Source: Hemiscyllium ocellatum
Taxonomy: Eukaryota
Direction of reading: 5' to 3'
Assembly (NCBI RefSeq): GCF_020745735.1
Contig: NC_083412.1
Span: 58,680,320 to 58,744,319, forward strand
Length of the DNA: 64,000 nt
Below, in pieces: positions 13,421 through 24,462 of the stretch; the stretch's first letter is position 1, and every line of letters starts with the position of its first letter. A program made the translations under genes and the position numbers. The notes under the pieces were generated by a model. That model was given only the letters and a program-made list of their open reading frames with translations. It made no database searches and had not been told where the DNA came from.

Positions 13421-13843
13421 ATCCTACATACACTGTTCAGTTAAAATCCATCAAGGTACCTAGCTCCACGGGAGAGTCAGCTGAGCTTGAGTGCCGGGTG
13501 TTGGACTTGCAAAATGCAGATGACACAAAACTGACTGTAGCCTGGTATGTCAGCCCAAAACAGCTGATTGGAACTTCTGAAGTGACAGTGCCTATAGCAA
13601 CAATGGATCCAGATTGGACACTACAGTTGTTTGATGAATATGTTGAGCGTGCAGGAAAGGGAGAGATCATTTTTATGAAGTCTGAACTACATACTTTCAA
13701 GTTTCAGGTGCAGCAGGCTTTACCCTCTGATAGAGGAAAGTATTTTTGCAATGTTACTGCCCAGATTAAACAACGAGGTAACACATGGTTAAAAAAACAA
13801 GAAGTCTCTTCACTTGCCATTGATATTGACTGGAAAACCGAAG
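13421..13843 (+). CDS. PTGFRN: PTGFRN exon 5: Ig V domain 4
   Basis: atctgcag acceptor, G|gtaaaa donor; AELECRV..VAWY..DRGKYFCNVTA. Confidence 0.96.
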
Positions 13844-14346
13844 GTAAAATATTTCAACAGTTCTTATGTAGGTCTCCTCTGCTCTTTTTTTTTAGGAAGT
13901 CTGATGTTTGGCTGTGTTTATAAAAATGCTTTTCTCTGAAAGTAGAGAAAGAAAATTAAAATTGATCAACACTTGTAAGTGTTAATGTAGACAAGATAAG
14001 ACTGTTAGATGTTGCTTTCGGTTGTCTAACCAGGCTAATATTGGCTGGGTCTAGTGAATTTATTCTTTTTCCATGCTACCACCACCTCCAGAATTTCTTG
14101 GCCTTTATTTATTTTCCATAATTATGTGGGACATTGGGAGAGTACAGTGTGGGTTACTATGGGTGGTAATTGTCAAAAATCTTTTTCCACTAAGCAGAAT
14201 GTTCTGCACACTCTAGAACAACTTGTGACCAAAGTTGGTGTGTATTAGACATCTGATAAATTCTTTTAGATTGTAACAACTGGTTTAGAATTATGAAGAC
14301 CTTTATCTTTTAAATTGCACTTAATAGCATTTCCTTTCTTTCATAG

Positions 14347-14760
14347 ATCCAAGCCTAAGTATTACAGCAATAGAGGAGAAACCAGTATCCACACGAGGCA
14401 ACACTTTTGAGATGATCTGTAGAGTTTCTGCAGAGCATGTTGAAGTTCCTCATTACTCTGTGGCTATAGCAATGAATGATCCAACCTTTATGGGGACACA
14501 ACACAGTAAAAAACTTATTTCATTGACTCGGGACTCGGTGGTCAAATTGGAGAGATGGGATGACAAGGACCGATCAGAAGATGTTGTTTTGGAAAAAGTT
14601 GGCGATGATGAGTTCCGTTTCCGTCTGTATAGGACTCAGTTTTCCGATGAGGGATCGTATTATTGTATTGTCCAAGCTTGGGCTCCAGATACAAATGGAC
14701 AGTGGTCTGAAATAGTTACAAATTCATCCAACACTGTTGTTGTCACCTTTAAAACAGCGG
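14347..14760 (+). CDS. PTGFRN: PTGFRN exon 6: Ig V domain 5
   Basis: tttcatag acceptor, G|gtaagt donor; FEMICRV..FRFRLYRTQFSDEGSYYCIVQAW. Confidence 0.96.
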
Positions 14761-15212
14761 GTAAGTTCTGAATTTAGTTTAATCAAATTATTGACAATCC
14801 TCAGATAAGTTGCTGTGTCTTTCAGATGTGGTTTACTAGAAGACTGCTGAGTATAAAACAAAAAGTAACAGTCTTTCTAACGCATGGATGATTTGAATGT
14901 TTTGCAACCTAGAAAACGTACACAGGGAGTCCCTGATTTGTGAATGTCCGCATTTAAAATTACACCCCTGTATTTAAAAGTATTCATAAAAGATCCAACA
15001 TATGAACATTTCCTGTCCTTGTGAACGATTTCTTTCAAGTTATCCTGCATTGTGTTCTGATTTTGCCTTCAAATTGAAATGCAAACAGACCCAAGAATGG
15101 AACCCGTTCACACCCCAGAAACTGTCTGTCTGTAATCTCTTTTGCAGTCCAAATGTTACATCAGTTTTCGGAAGCTGATGCTATCTTTTTGTTTTGCCTG
15201 CATTCAATTTTC

Positions 15213-15540
15213 GGGCGGCACGGTGGCACAGTGGTTAGTACTGCTGCCATCACAGCGCCTGAGACCCGGGTTCAATTCCCGACTCAGGTGACTGACTGAC
15301 TGACTGTGTGGAGTTTGCACGTTCTCCCCGTGTCTGCGTGGGTTTCCTCCGGGTGCTCCGGTTTCCTCCCACAGTCCAAAGATGTGCGGGTCAGGTGAAT
15401 TGGCCATGCTAAATTGCCTGTAGTGTTAGGTAAGGGGTAAATGTAGGGGTATGGGTGGGTTGCGCTTTGGCGGGTCGGTGTGGACTTGTTGGGCTGTTTC
15501 CACACTGTAAGTCTAGTCTAATCTAATCTAATCTAATCAA
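15213..15540 (+). mobile_element. HE1 SINE, full length, young
   Basis: Pol III A box TGGCACAGTGG and B box GGTTCAATTCC, V-domain, HER1-like 3' end, (TAATC)n tail. Confidence 0.93.
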
Positions 15541-17344
15541 ATCAAATTGTGGGAATTCAAGTTCCATCAGATTTGAATTTTGTTTCCAAGTTAAAAATTT
15601 TAACAGCATTGAAACTTTGAAAACGTTTTGTTAAGTATTATAAATGAAGCTTCATTAGGACTTCAGGGTTAAATGTGACCAAAACTCGTTAAACGAACCT
15701 TTAGCACTTTAATAAAAAGGCAGTGGAGGGGATGGAGATTGGATTGGAATGGTTGATTTTGCAAATGTGTGAACTTGCTAAAAGTACAGTGCAATTTGTC
15801 TTTAAACTGTTGACCATGCATCAGTTTTATTTTTGAGCACTCAATATTTAATCTGTAAATGACTAATCTAGTTCCTGTATTATCAGTGTCTTCAGTTGCT
15901 ATGTTTGAATTTTTAACCTGGATGTGTTTTTGAAACACTCTACATTCCTGAAATAATTAACACAAAACTATAATTATTACTGCATGTGATTTGAGGTTTC
16001 TGGGTTTTCATGAGGTGGCAATGTAATTTTACCCTACACTGGTTTTTTAGACCCTCTGTTATTTCCAGAATCTCTGCATTAGTGGACATTAGTTTGTTGT
16101 GGCTGCCCAGTTTTTAGCTCTTATAGGTGAATGTTCTGCCAGTGAAATTGTTGGTGACATATTATTTAGTACAGAATAAGGGAAATGCTGTTTTTAATCA
16201 AGTTGCAACTCCCACCACTAAAAAGATGCAGGTTTTCCTTTTTATTCTAGAGCTGCAATATGTGTGGTTACCACAGAGTTCAAATTAATTTGTTACTGAT
16301 TTCAAATGTAATTGTTAATTCTTCACCATGTGTAGTATCTAATTCAGCCCAGTTGAGGAAATAGAAGTATTCTGAAACAGGACTAAATAGTACAGAATGT
16401 GTTAGAACATTTGACTTGGCATACCGTAACTAACCATTTGTAACATCAAGCTGTACGGACTGGAAGTTTTCAGATTGAATTAGCTATGTGCTTGGGCTTG
16501 GCCGTAAAGGTTTACACAATTCCCCTGGCTGTCCATTCCCATTCAAAAAAAAACACTGCATCAGAAAGTGTCCTTCATAAATTTGGTTGGAAATTTTTGG
16601 TCAATGAAGAAAAGACATTTCGAAGGATGAAGTTGGAGGTTAGCCTGTGGCAACAGAACTGCATGTCAGCAAGAGTTCAATGCCTTCAGTGGAGGACAGG
16701 TTGGGAGAAAATGTCTTTTAAAATGTGTTTCACTCTTTGGTCAGCAGCATTGGTCACTGGGAGTAAATGCACCCTCTTAATTTGGTTCATGGGTCATAAG
16801 TCAAAGGTAGAGTTGCTTTCCTATTTAATAACCCCTTGGCTGCAACAGATGCTTTTTTTTTAGAATGTGGTGGTCCTGCTTACGTTTTAATTTTTAATTA
16901 GGTTAAAATGAAGGGGCCAAATTACAAGCCTTTCTTGAAAGAGTGATTTTATTGCCTTCTAATGCTCAAACTTAGATAATGACTAATGTTGTTTTGTTTT
17001 TGTTTGTTTGAGAAGTTAGATTTTTCAACCTGAGGCCATTTATTTAATGGTTGACTTTGCACCCTCAACAGTGGTGACATTTTTATGGATTCTGCATTCT
17101 CAGCAAATAATTGTTATCCTAAGTTCCTTTTAAGTACTTATCGGATGCTCCTTTGAGATTGTGACAGACTTTTGTTGGTTTATTTTCCTTTCCTTTTCCT
17201 CTTCCTCTGCTTTTATGCTCAAGTGTCTATTAATGTAAGTCAGTTTGTATATTTGTGTCAGATACATCATCTTTTCAGGCTGATTACTCTCCAGACAACC
17301 TTTTCATCTCTGAATTTGTCATGAGCTTATAAGCAGAAGCTTAA

Positions 17345-18287
17345 ACAGGGGGATCCTACACAAAGTATCACAGTGCTGGTCTGAGACATGGGAGAGCTTC
17401 TATGGGACTGCTTAGAATCAATGGACTGGACCATATTCAAAACCTAGTGGATAACCTAGACGATTATTCCACCATTGTCACGGACTTCATTAGCAACTGC
17501 AGAAAACCTGAGTGCCAAAGAAATCATTCCGTGTTCTCCAATTGGAAACATTGGTTGAACTGGGAAATCCATTGCTGACTAAGACCAGGCATATGGCATT
17601 CAAATTACATGACCCAGACTTTTACAGAAAACCCAGATATGACCTCTGCAAAGACATCAGAGATGCCAAGAGGTAGTACTAGACCTAGTTAGACACCTAA
17701 ACCAACCATATGTACACTGGCCTGTTGTAAGGCCTACACAACATAACTGGATACAAAATGGAGCAGAGCACAGTAGAGACGATCCCTCCCTGATGTGCTG
17801 AAAAAGCTTTCAGTTTGAACAGAACGTCAGCGGCATGGTGTCACCTGCCCAGACAGCCCTAGGTGCCCACGTTCCCCCTCTCCCCGCTGCAGACATCCGA
17901 TTTGGTCTCTGAGTAAACCTGAGAAAAGCTACTGACTCAGACGGAGTCCCCAGCCATGCACTTAGAACTTGTGGCGGTGGTACTTACTAACCTCTTCAAC
18001 CTCTCCTTGTTACAAACTGAAGACCACCATCCCAGTACCAAAGAAAACATGTTTAAAGTGCCTTAATGATTACTGTCCGCTGCTTAGCGAGGCTGGTTAT
18101 AGCCCCCATCAACTCCTAGCCTCCCAGACTGGTTTGATCCCCTGCAATTTGCCTACTGACATAACTGGTCCACAGTGGGTGCAGTTTTGTCGCCCTGTGC
18201 TCATCCCTGGAACATCTGGACAACAGGAATACCTATGTCAGACTCCTACTCGTGGATTACAGTTCTGCCTTCAACATCATTATCCCT
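17345..18287 (+). mobile_element. Rex1/Babar-like LINE RT fragment (5' part, interrupted by Penelope)
   Basis: Decayed frames [25 protein letters not shown]; continues after 20974. Confidence 0.8.
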
Positions 18288-18383
18288 GAGTAAAAAATGA
18301 GGTCTGCAGATGCTGGAGATCACAGCTGCAAATGTGTTACTGGTCAAAGCACAGCAGGTTAGGCAGCATCTCAGGAATAGAGA

Positions 18384-18419
18384 ATTCGACGTTTCGAGCA
18401 TAAGCCCTTCATCAGGAAT
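18384..18419 (-). ncRNA. Minimal type I hammerhead ribozyme motif (left arm)
   Basis: Reverse complement reads ATTC-CTGATGA-AGGGCTTATGCTC-GAAA-CGTC-GAAT. Confidence 0.85.
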
Positions 18420-19448
18420 AAGAGAGAGAGAGCCAAGCAGGCTGAGATAAAAGGTAGGGAGGAGGGACTAGGGGGAGGGGCGATGGAGGTGGGATAGGTG
18501 GAAGGAGGTCAAGGTGAGGGTGATAGGCCGGAGTGGGGTGGGGGCGGAGAGGTCAGGAAGAGGATTGCAGGTTAGGAGGGCGGTGCTGAGTTGAGGGAAC
18601 CGACTGAGACAAGGTGGGGGGAGGGGAAATGAGGAAGCTGGAGAAATCTGAATTCATACCTTGTGGTTGGAGGGTTCCCAGGCGGAAGATGAGGCGCTCC
18701 TCCTCCAGCCGTCGTGTAGTTGTGTTCTGCCGGTGGAGGAGTCCAAGGACCTGCATGTCCTCGGTGGAGTGGGAGGGGGAGTTAGTGTTGAGCCACGGGG
18801 TGATTGGGTTGGTTGGTTCGGGCGGCCCAGAGGTGTTCTCTGAAGCGTTCCGCAAGTAAGCGGCCTGTCTCGCCAATATAGAGGAGGCCACATCGGGTGC
18901 AGCGGATGCAATAGATGATGTGTGTGGAGGTACAGGTGAACTTGTGGCGGATATGGAAGGATCCCTTGGGGCCTTGGAGGGAAGTGAGTGTGGAGGTGTG
19001 GGCGCAAGTTTTACTTTTCCTGCGGTTGCAGGGGAAGGTGCCGGGGGTGGAGGTTGGGTTGGTGGGGGGTGTGGATCTGACAAGGGAGTCACGAAGGGAG
19101 TGGTCCTTGCGGAACGCTGATAGGGGAGGGGAGGGAAATATATCCTTGGTGGTGGGGTCCGTTTGGAGGTGGCGGAAATGGCGGCGGATAATACGTTGTA
19201 TGCGCAGGTTGGTGGGGTGGTAGGTGAGAACCAGTGGGGTTCTGTCTTGGTGGCGGTTGGAGGAGCGGGGCTCAAGGGCGGAGGAGCGGGAAGTGGAGGA
19301 GATGCAGTGGAGGGCATCGTCGATCACGTCTGGGGGGAATCTGCGGTCCTTGAAGAAGGAGGCCATCTGGGTTGTGCGGTGTTGGAATTGGTCCTCCTGG
19401 GAGCAGATGCGGCGGAGACGAAGGAATTGGGAATATGGGATGGCGTTT

Positions 19449-19910
19449 TTACAGGGGGCAGGGTGGGAGGAGGTGTAGTCCAGGTAGCTGTGGGAGTCGG
19501 TCGCCCGAGATAGAAATGGAAAGGTCTAGGAAGGGGAGGGAGGAGTCTGAGACAGTCCAGGTGAATTTCAGGTCGGGATGGAAGGTGTTAGTAAAGTTGA
19601 TGAACTGTTCAACCTCCTCGTGGGAGCACGAGGCAGCGCCGATACAGTCATCGATGTAGCGGAGGAAAAGGTGGGGGGTGGTGCCAGTGTAGTTGCGGAA
19701 GATGGACTGTTCCACATATCCTACGAAGAGGCAGGCATAGCTGGGGCCCATGCGGGTGCCCATGGCAACTCCTTTAGTTTGGAGGAAGTGGGAGGATTGA
19801 AAAGAGAAGTTATTCAGGGTGAGGACCAGTTCAGTCAGTCGAAGGAGGGTGTCAGTGGAAGGGTACTGGTTAGTGCGGCGGGAAAGGAAGAAGCGGAGGG
19901 CTTTGAGTCC
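19449..19910 (-). pseudogene. Penelope reverse transcriptase fragment (5'-truncated, internal deletion near 19500)
   Basis: LTLNNFSF..QTKGVAMGTRMGPSYACLFVGY..LRYIDD; frame lost after SGDRL. Confidence 0.92.
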
Positions 19911-19930
19911 TCCAACACCGCACAACCCAG

Positions 19931-20746
19931 ATGGCCTCCTTCTTCAAGGACCGCAGATTCCCCCCAGACGTGATCGACGATGCCCTCCACCGCATCTCCT
20001 CCACTTCCCGCTCCTCCGCCCTTGAGCCCCGCTCCTCCAACCGCCACCAAGACAGAACCCCACTGGTTCTCACCTACCACCCCACCAACCTGCGCATACA
20101 ACGTATTATCCGCCGCCATTTCCGCCACCTCCAAACGGACCCCACCACCAAGGATATATTTCCCTCCCCTCCCCTATCAGCGTTCCGCAAGGACCACTCC
20201 CTTCGTGACTCCCTTGTCAGATCCACACCCCCCACCAACCCAACCTCCACCCCCGGCACCTTCCCCTGCAACCGCAGGAAATGTAAAACTTGCGCCCACA
20301 CCTCCACACTCACTTCCCTCCAAGGCCCCAAGGGATCCTTCCATATCCGCCACAAGTTCACCTGTACCTCCACACACATCATCTATTGCATCCGCTGCAC
20401 CCGATGTGGCCTCCTCTATATTGGCGAGACAGGCCGCTTACTTGCGGAACGCTTCAGAGAACACCTCTGGGCCGCCCGAACCAACCAACCCAATCACCCC
20501 GTGGCTCAACACTTTAACTCTCCCTCCCACTCCACCGAGGACATGCAGGTCCTTGGACTCCTCCACCGGCAGAACACAACTACACGACGGCTGGAGGAGG
20601 AGCGCCTCATCTTCCGCCTGGGAACCCTCCAACCACAAGGTATGAATTCAGATTTCTCCAGCTTCCTCATTTCCCCTCCCCCCACCTTGTCTCAGTCGGT
20701 TCCCTCAACTCAGCACCGCCCTCCTAACCTGCAATCCTCTTCCTGA
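19931..20746 (+). CDS. Penelope C-terminal ORF remnant with intact GIY-YIG endonuclease (271 aa, element-derived, expression unknown)
   Basis: CNRRKCKTC Zn-finger-like motif, IIYCIRC..LYIGETGR..RFREH; no stop or frameshift, unlike the left arm. Confidence 0.8.
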   Translation: MASFFKDRRFPPDVIDDALHRISSTSRSSALEPRSSNRHQDRTPLVLTYHPTNLRIQRIIRRHFRHLQTDPTTKDIFPSPPLSAFRKDHSLRDSLVRSTPPTNPTSTPGTFPCNRRKCKTCAHTSTLTSLQGPKGSFHIRHKFTCTSTHIIYCIRCTRCGLLYIGETGRLLAERFREHLWAARTNQPNHPVAQHFNSPSHSTEDMQVLGLLHRQNTTTRRLEEERLIFRLGTLQPQGMNSDFSSFLISPPPTLSQSVPSTQHRPPNLQSSS

Positions 20747-20879
20747 CCTCTCCGCCCCCACCCCACTCCGGCCTATCACCCTCACCTTGACCTCCTTCCA
20801 CCTATCCCACCTCCATCGCCCCTCCCCCTAGTCCCTCCTCCCTACCTTTTATCTCAGCCTGCTTGGCTCTCTCTCTCTT

Positions 20880-20915
20880 ATTCCTGATGAAGGGCTTATG
20901 CTCGAAACGTCGAAT
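20880..20915 (+). ncRNA. Minimal type I hammerhead ribozyme motif (right arm, sense to PTGFRN)
   Basis: Stem I ATTC/GAAT, core CTGATGA 20884-20890, stem II GGGC-TTAT-GCTC, GAAA 20904-20907, palindromic ACGT stem III, predicted cut after C20911. Confidence 0.88.
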
Positions 20916-20974
20916 TCTCTATTCCTGAGATGCTGCCTAACCTGCTGTGCTTTGACCAGCAACACATTTGCAGC

Positions 20975-21236
20975 ATCATTATCCCTCTCAGACTGATCTC
21001 AAAAACCTGGGTCTCAGCTCTGCAACTGGATCCTCAGCTTCCTGACCCACAGACAATAGCACCCTCCTTCACGATAATCCTCAAAACTGGTGCCCCCCCC
21101 CCCCCACAAACATGCGAGCTCAGCCCCCTACCTTACTCCTGTATATCCATGACACTGTTGTCCAATTCCATACGAAGTAGTTGAATAATCTGAGTACCAC
21201 CGTGGTAAATGGATATCAAACAACGATGAGTCAGCA
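20975..21236 (+). mobile_element. Rex1/Babar-like LINE RT fragment (3' part)
   Basis: IIIPLRLISK..WILSFL..TIILKTGAP..LSPLPYS continues the left-hand fragment across the TSD. Confidence 0.8.
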
Positions 21237-21556
21237 TAGATTACTTAGATTTAGATTACTTAGATTACTTAGTGTGGAAACAGGCCCTTCGGCCCAACAA
21301 GTCCACACCGACCTGCCGAAGCGCAACCCACCCCTACCCTTACATTTACCCCTTACCTAACACTACGGGCAATTTAGCATGGCCAATTCACCTGACCCGC
21401 ACATCTTTGGACTGTGGGAGGAAACCGGAGCACCCAGAGGAAACCCACGCAGACACGGGGAGAACGTGCAAACTCCACACAGTCAGTCGCCTGAGGCGGG
21501 AATTGAAGCCGGGTCTCGGGCGCTGTGAGGCAGCAGTGCTAACCACCATGCCGCCC
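21237..21556 (-). mobile_element. HE1 SINE, full length
   Basis: Reverse complement of the 15213 copy, (AGATT)n tail. Confidence 0.93.
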
Positions 21557-21837
21557 ACCGAAGAACTGTGAAGAACTTGGGTCAACTTTTACACTATATG
21601 GAAAATTCCAAGTTATTTGGCTAAAAATGGTGGAGGAGTCTACATTTACATTAGATCAACTATTACTGGAGTATATATGGCACATGTGTCTACAATACAT
21701 CAAATTGAAACAAAATTTTCTTGATGCTAGCTTAGTCATTGTTTTGTATTTGTTCATTTATGGTATATGGTTATCACTAGCCAAGCCAGCATTTATTTTG
21801 TCTCTAGTTATAAATGATTTCACTATCTTCCCAGGTA

Positions 21838-22378
21838 TGTACAAAGTTTAAAAAATCTCTCAATACCAGGTTATAGACCAATGGGTTTAATTGGAAGTAC
21901 TAGCTTTCGGAGCGCTGCTCCTTCATCAGGTGGTTGTGGAGTACACAGTTGTAAGGCACAGAATTTATAGCAAAAGTTTAGTGTGATGTAACTGAAATTA
22001 AACATTGAAAAATACCTTGATTGTTTGTTGAGTCTCTCATCTGTTAGAATGACCTTGTTAGTTAACCTGAGAATGTAACTTTGTAAATCACAATTTTTTT
22101 AAAAAACGTTACATTCTCAGGTTAACTAACAAGGTCATTCTAACAGATGAGAGACTCAACAAACAATCAGGGTATTTTTCAATGTTTAATTTCAGTTACA
22201 TCACACTAAACTTTTGCTATAAATTCTGTGCCTTACAACTGTGTACTCCACAACCACCTGATGAAGGAGCAGCGCTCCGAAAGCTAGTACTTCCAATTAA
22301 ACCCATTGGTCTATAACCTGGTATTGAGAGAGTTTTAACTTTTGTACACCCCAGTCAAACACCGGCATCTCCAAATCA
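21838..22378. mobile_element. Penelope-like family B fold-back element: arms 21838-22079 and 22108-22348, ~30 nt tail 22349-22378
   Basis: Near-perfect ~242 bp inverted arms; TSD ttcc(c/t)aggtatgt 21828-21840 and 22379-22391; hammerhead in each arm. Confidence 0.9.
22255..22289 (+). ncRNA. Minimal hammerhead ribozyme motif, family B
   Basis: CAC-CTGATGA-AGGAGC-AGC-GCTCC-GAAA-GCT-A|GTA; palindromic AGCT stem III; one stem I mismatch. Confidence 0.8.
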
Positions 22379-22384
22379 TTCCTA

Positions 22385-23200
22385 GGTATGTGGCATTAAG
22401 AGGTGTTACGTCACAATCAGTGTACCATTTTGAATAACAAAAAAAATTACTTAAATGGAGTTCATCTTCTGTTCAAATTGGGTCTCAAGCCCTAGAGATG
22501 GTGATGGTGAGCTGCTGCTTTGAACCATGGCAATCCATGTGCCATAAGTTGACCCCAGTGTCCTTGAGGGAATTTCAGGATTTTAAACCATGGGCGGCAC
22601 AGTGGTTAACACTGCTGCCTCACAGCACCAGAGACCGGGGTTCAATTCCTGCCTCAGGTGACTGACTGTGACTGTGTGGAGTTTGCACATTCTCCCCGTG
22701 TCTGCATGGGTTTCCTCCGGGTGCTCTGGTTTCCTCCCACAATCCAAAAATGTGCAGATTAGGTGAATTGGCCATGCTAAATTGCCCGTAGTGTTAGGTG
22801 AAGGGGTAAATGTAGGAGTACGAGTCTGGGTGGTATACGCTTCGGTGGTCGGTGTGGACTTGTTAGGCCGAAGGGCCTACTTCCACATTGTAAGTAATCT
22901 AATCTAAACCAGAGACTGTGAAGGAATGGAAATATATTCCCAATTCGGGATGTTGAGTGGCTTGGAGGGGAACTTGTGGGAAGTGGTGCTCCCATGTATC
23001 TATGCTCTTGTCCTTCTAGACGGAAGTGAGTGTGGGTTTGGAAAATGCTGTCTAAGGCTCTTTGCTGAATTTCTACGGTGCATCCTGTAGATAGTAAGAG
23101 CGTGTGCACGGAGTATTGATAGCGGAGGAAGTGATGCTTGTGGAGGTGTTAGTTAAGCAGGCTGTGTTGTCCCGGATGGTGTCAAGCTTCCTGAGTTTTT
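22385..23200 (-). mobile_element. CR1/L2-superfamily LINE 3' region interrupted by an HE1 SINE
   Basis: Homologous to 1935-2520; contiguous across 22592-22906. Confidence 0.65.
22592..22906 (+). mobile_element. HE1 SINE
   Basis: A/B boxes, V-domain, tail; TSD TAAACCA 22584-22590 and 22905-22911. Confidence 0.93.
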
Positions 23201-23562
23201 TTTTGTTAGCCCAGTCAAATTCCACTGTCTTTGGATGACATTTTGTAATTTCAGTGTAGACGGGTTTTGTGCATCGCATTGGTTTATTAAAACTTGTTAT
23301 TAAAACTTGTCCTAATCTCAGGCCAGGGGATCATGGTTACTTTAGGTAATTATCTTTTTTTTTTAAACAAAAGTCACATTTTAGTTCACGAAAGTCTCTG
23401 TTAAAAATCATGTTGAATGTTGACAATCCATTGTCCCGACCTATATGATAGAAGGAAGATGACAAGTACTTTGAATGGAATTTCAAAGTTTAAAGCTGCA
23501 CTCAATAAATAATTTGAGGATAATAAAATAAACCATTGCTTGTCTCTTATCTTGCTTTGCAG

Positions 23563-23670
23563 CCCCTCAATTTAATGTGACTTTACAATCTGAGAAGCCT
23601 CATGTAATCCAAGGCGAGACTATGGAAATGACTTGCGCTGTTGATCTATCGGACATACCTAACAACTCAG
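23563..23670 (+). CDS. PTGFRN: PTGFRN exon 7 (108 nt): N-terminal part of Ig domain 6
   Basis: gctttgcag acceptor, G|gtaacc donor; APQFNVTLQSEKPHVIQGETMEMTCAVD; split of domain 6 over two exons as in mammalian PTGFRN. Confidence 0.93.
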
Positions 23671-23974
23671 GTAACCTTGGCAGCAGGCCCATCACGGAGG
23701 TCTGTACTAACTTTCTAAGAATGTACCTTGAAGGTTCATGGTTTCAAGCAGATGATGTTTGAAATCTTCAGACAAGCATGCTTCCATTTCAGCTGCTGTG
23801 TCTCTCTGGAATCTGCAGTTTACCACTTGTGCCGCCTCACTCCTCTCCTCTTGTTCTCTATGTATGTCTATGATGCAATGAATATTGAAGGAAAAAGAGT
23901 CCCTGTTCAGACAAAGTGACCCATCGTATCTATAACCAGGGCCCAAGCAGCCAAGACTCTTTTTAGTTCCTCTA

Positions 23975-24462
23975 TTAGTCATTAGAGATGTAAAGCACAG
24001 AAACAGACCTTTTTGGTCCAACTCATCCATGCCGACCAGATATCCTAACCTAATCTAGTCCCATTTGCCAGCACTTGGCCCATGTCCCCCTCAACCCTTC
24101 CTATTCATAGACCCATCCAGATGCCTTTTAAATGTTGTAATTGTACTAGTCTCTACCAGTGCATTTCATGCGTGCACCACCCTCTGCATGGAAAAAGTTG
24201 CCCCTTAGGTCCCCTCACCCTAAACCTATGCCCTCTAGTTCTGGACTCCCCCACACTGGGGAAAAGACCTTGTGTATTTACTCTATCCATGTCCCTCATG
24301 ATTTTATAAATCTCTATAAGATCACCCCTCAGCCGCTGTGCTCTAGGGAAAACAGCCCCAGCCTATTCAACCTCTCCCTATAGCTCAAATCCTCCAACCC
24401 TGGCAATGTCCTTAAATCTTTTCTGAATCGTTTCAAGTTTTACAACATCCTTCTGATAGGAA
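23975..24462 (-). mobile_element. HER1/CR1 LINE 3' fragment
   Basis: gaaaaagttgccccttaggtc, ggaaaacagccccagcctattcaacc; same family as 38604 and 43070. Confidence 0.9.

Larger units (their letters stand above)
18288..20973. mobile_element. Penelope-like element (family A), fold-back insertion: arms 18325-19386 and 19911-20974, spacer with RT fragment, 37 nt tail 18288-18324
   Basis: RT motifs (GVAMGTRMGPSYA, YIDD), GIY-YIG domain in both arms, TSD catcattatccct at 18275-18287 and 20974-20986. Confidence 0.95.

Noticed and set aside
15213-15290. tRNA-like sequences with A/B boxes
   Set aside because: They are SINE heads continuing into V-domain and LINE tail; no stand-alone tRNA, rRNA or snRNA gene recognised
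19835-20134. ORF apparently duplicated from 19163-19513
   Set aside because: Consequence of the inverted arms
18553-20645. Long Pro-rich and Gly-rich ORFs (254, 221 aa etc.)
   Set aside because: Alternative frames of the C-rich/G-rich Penelope strand
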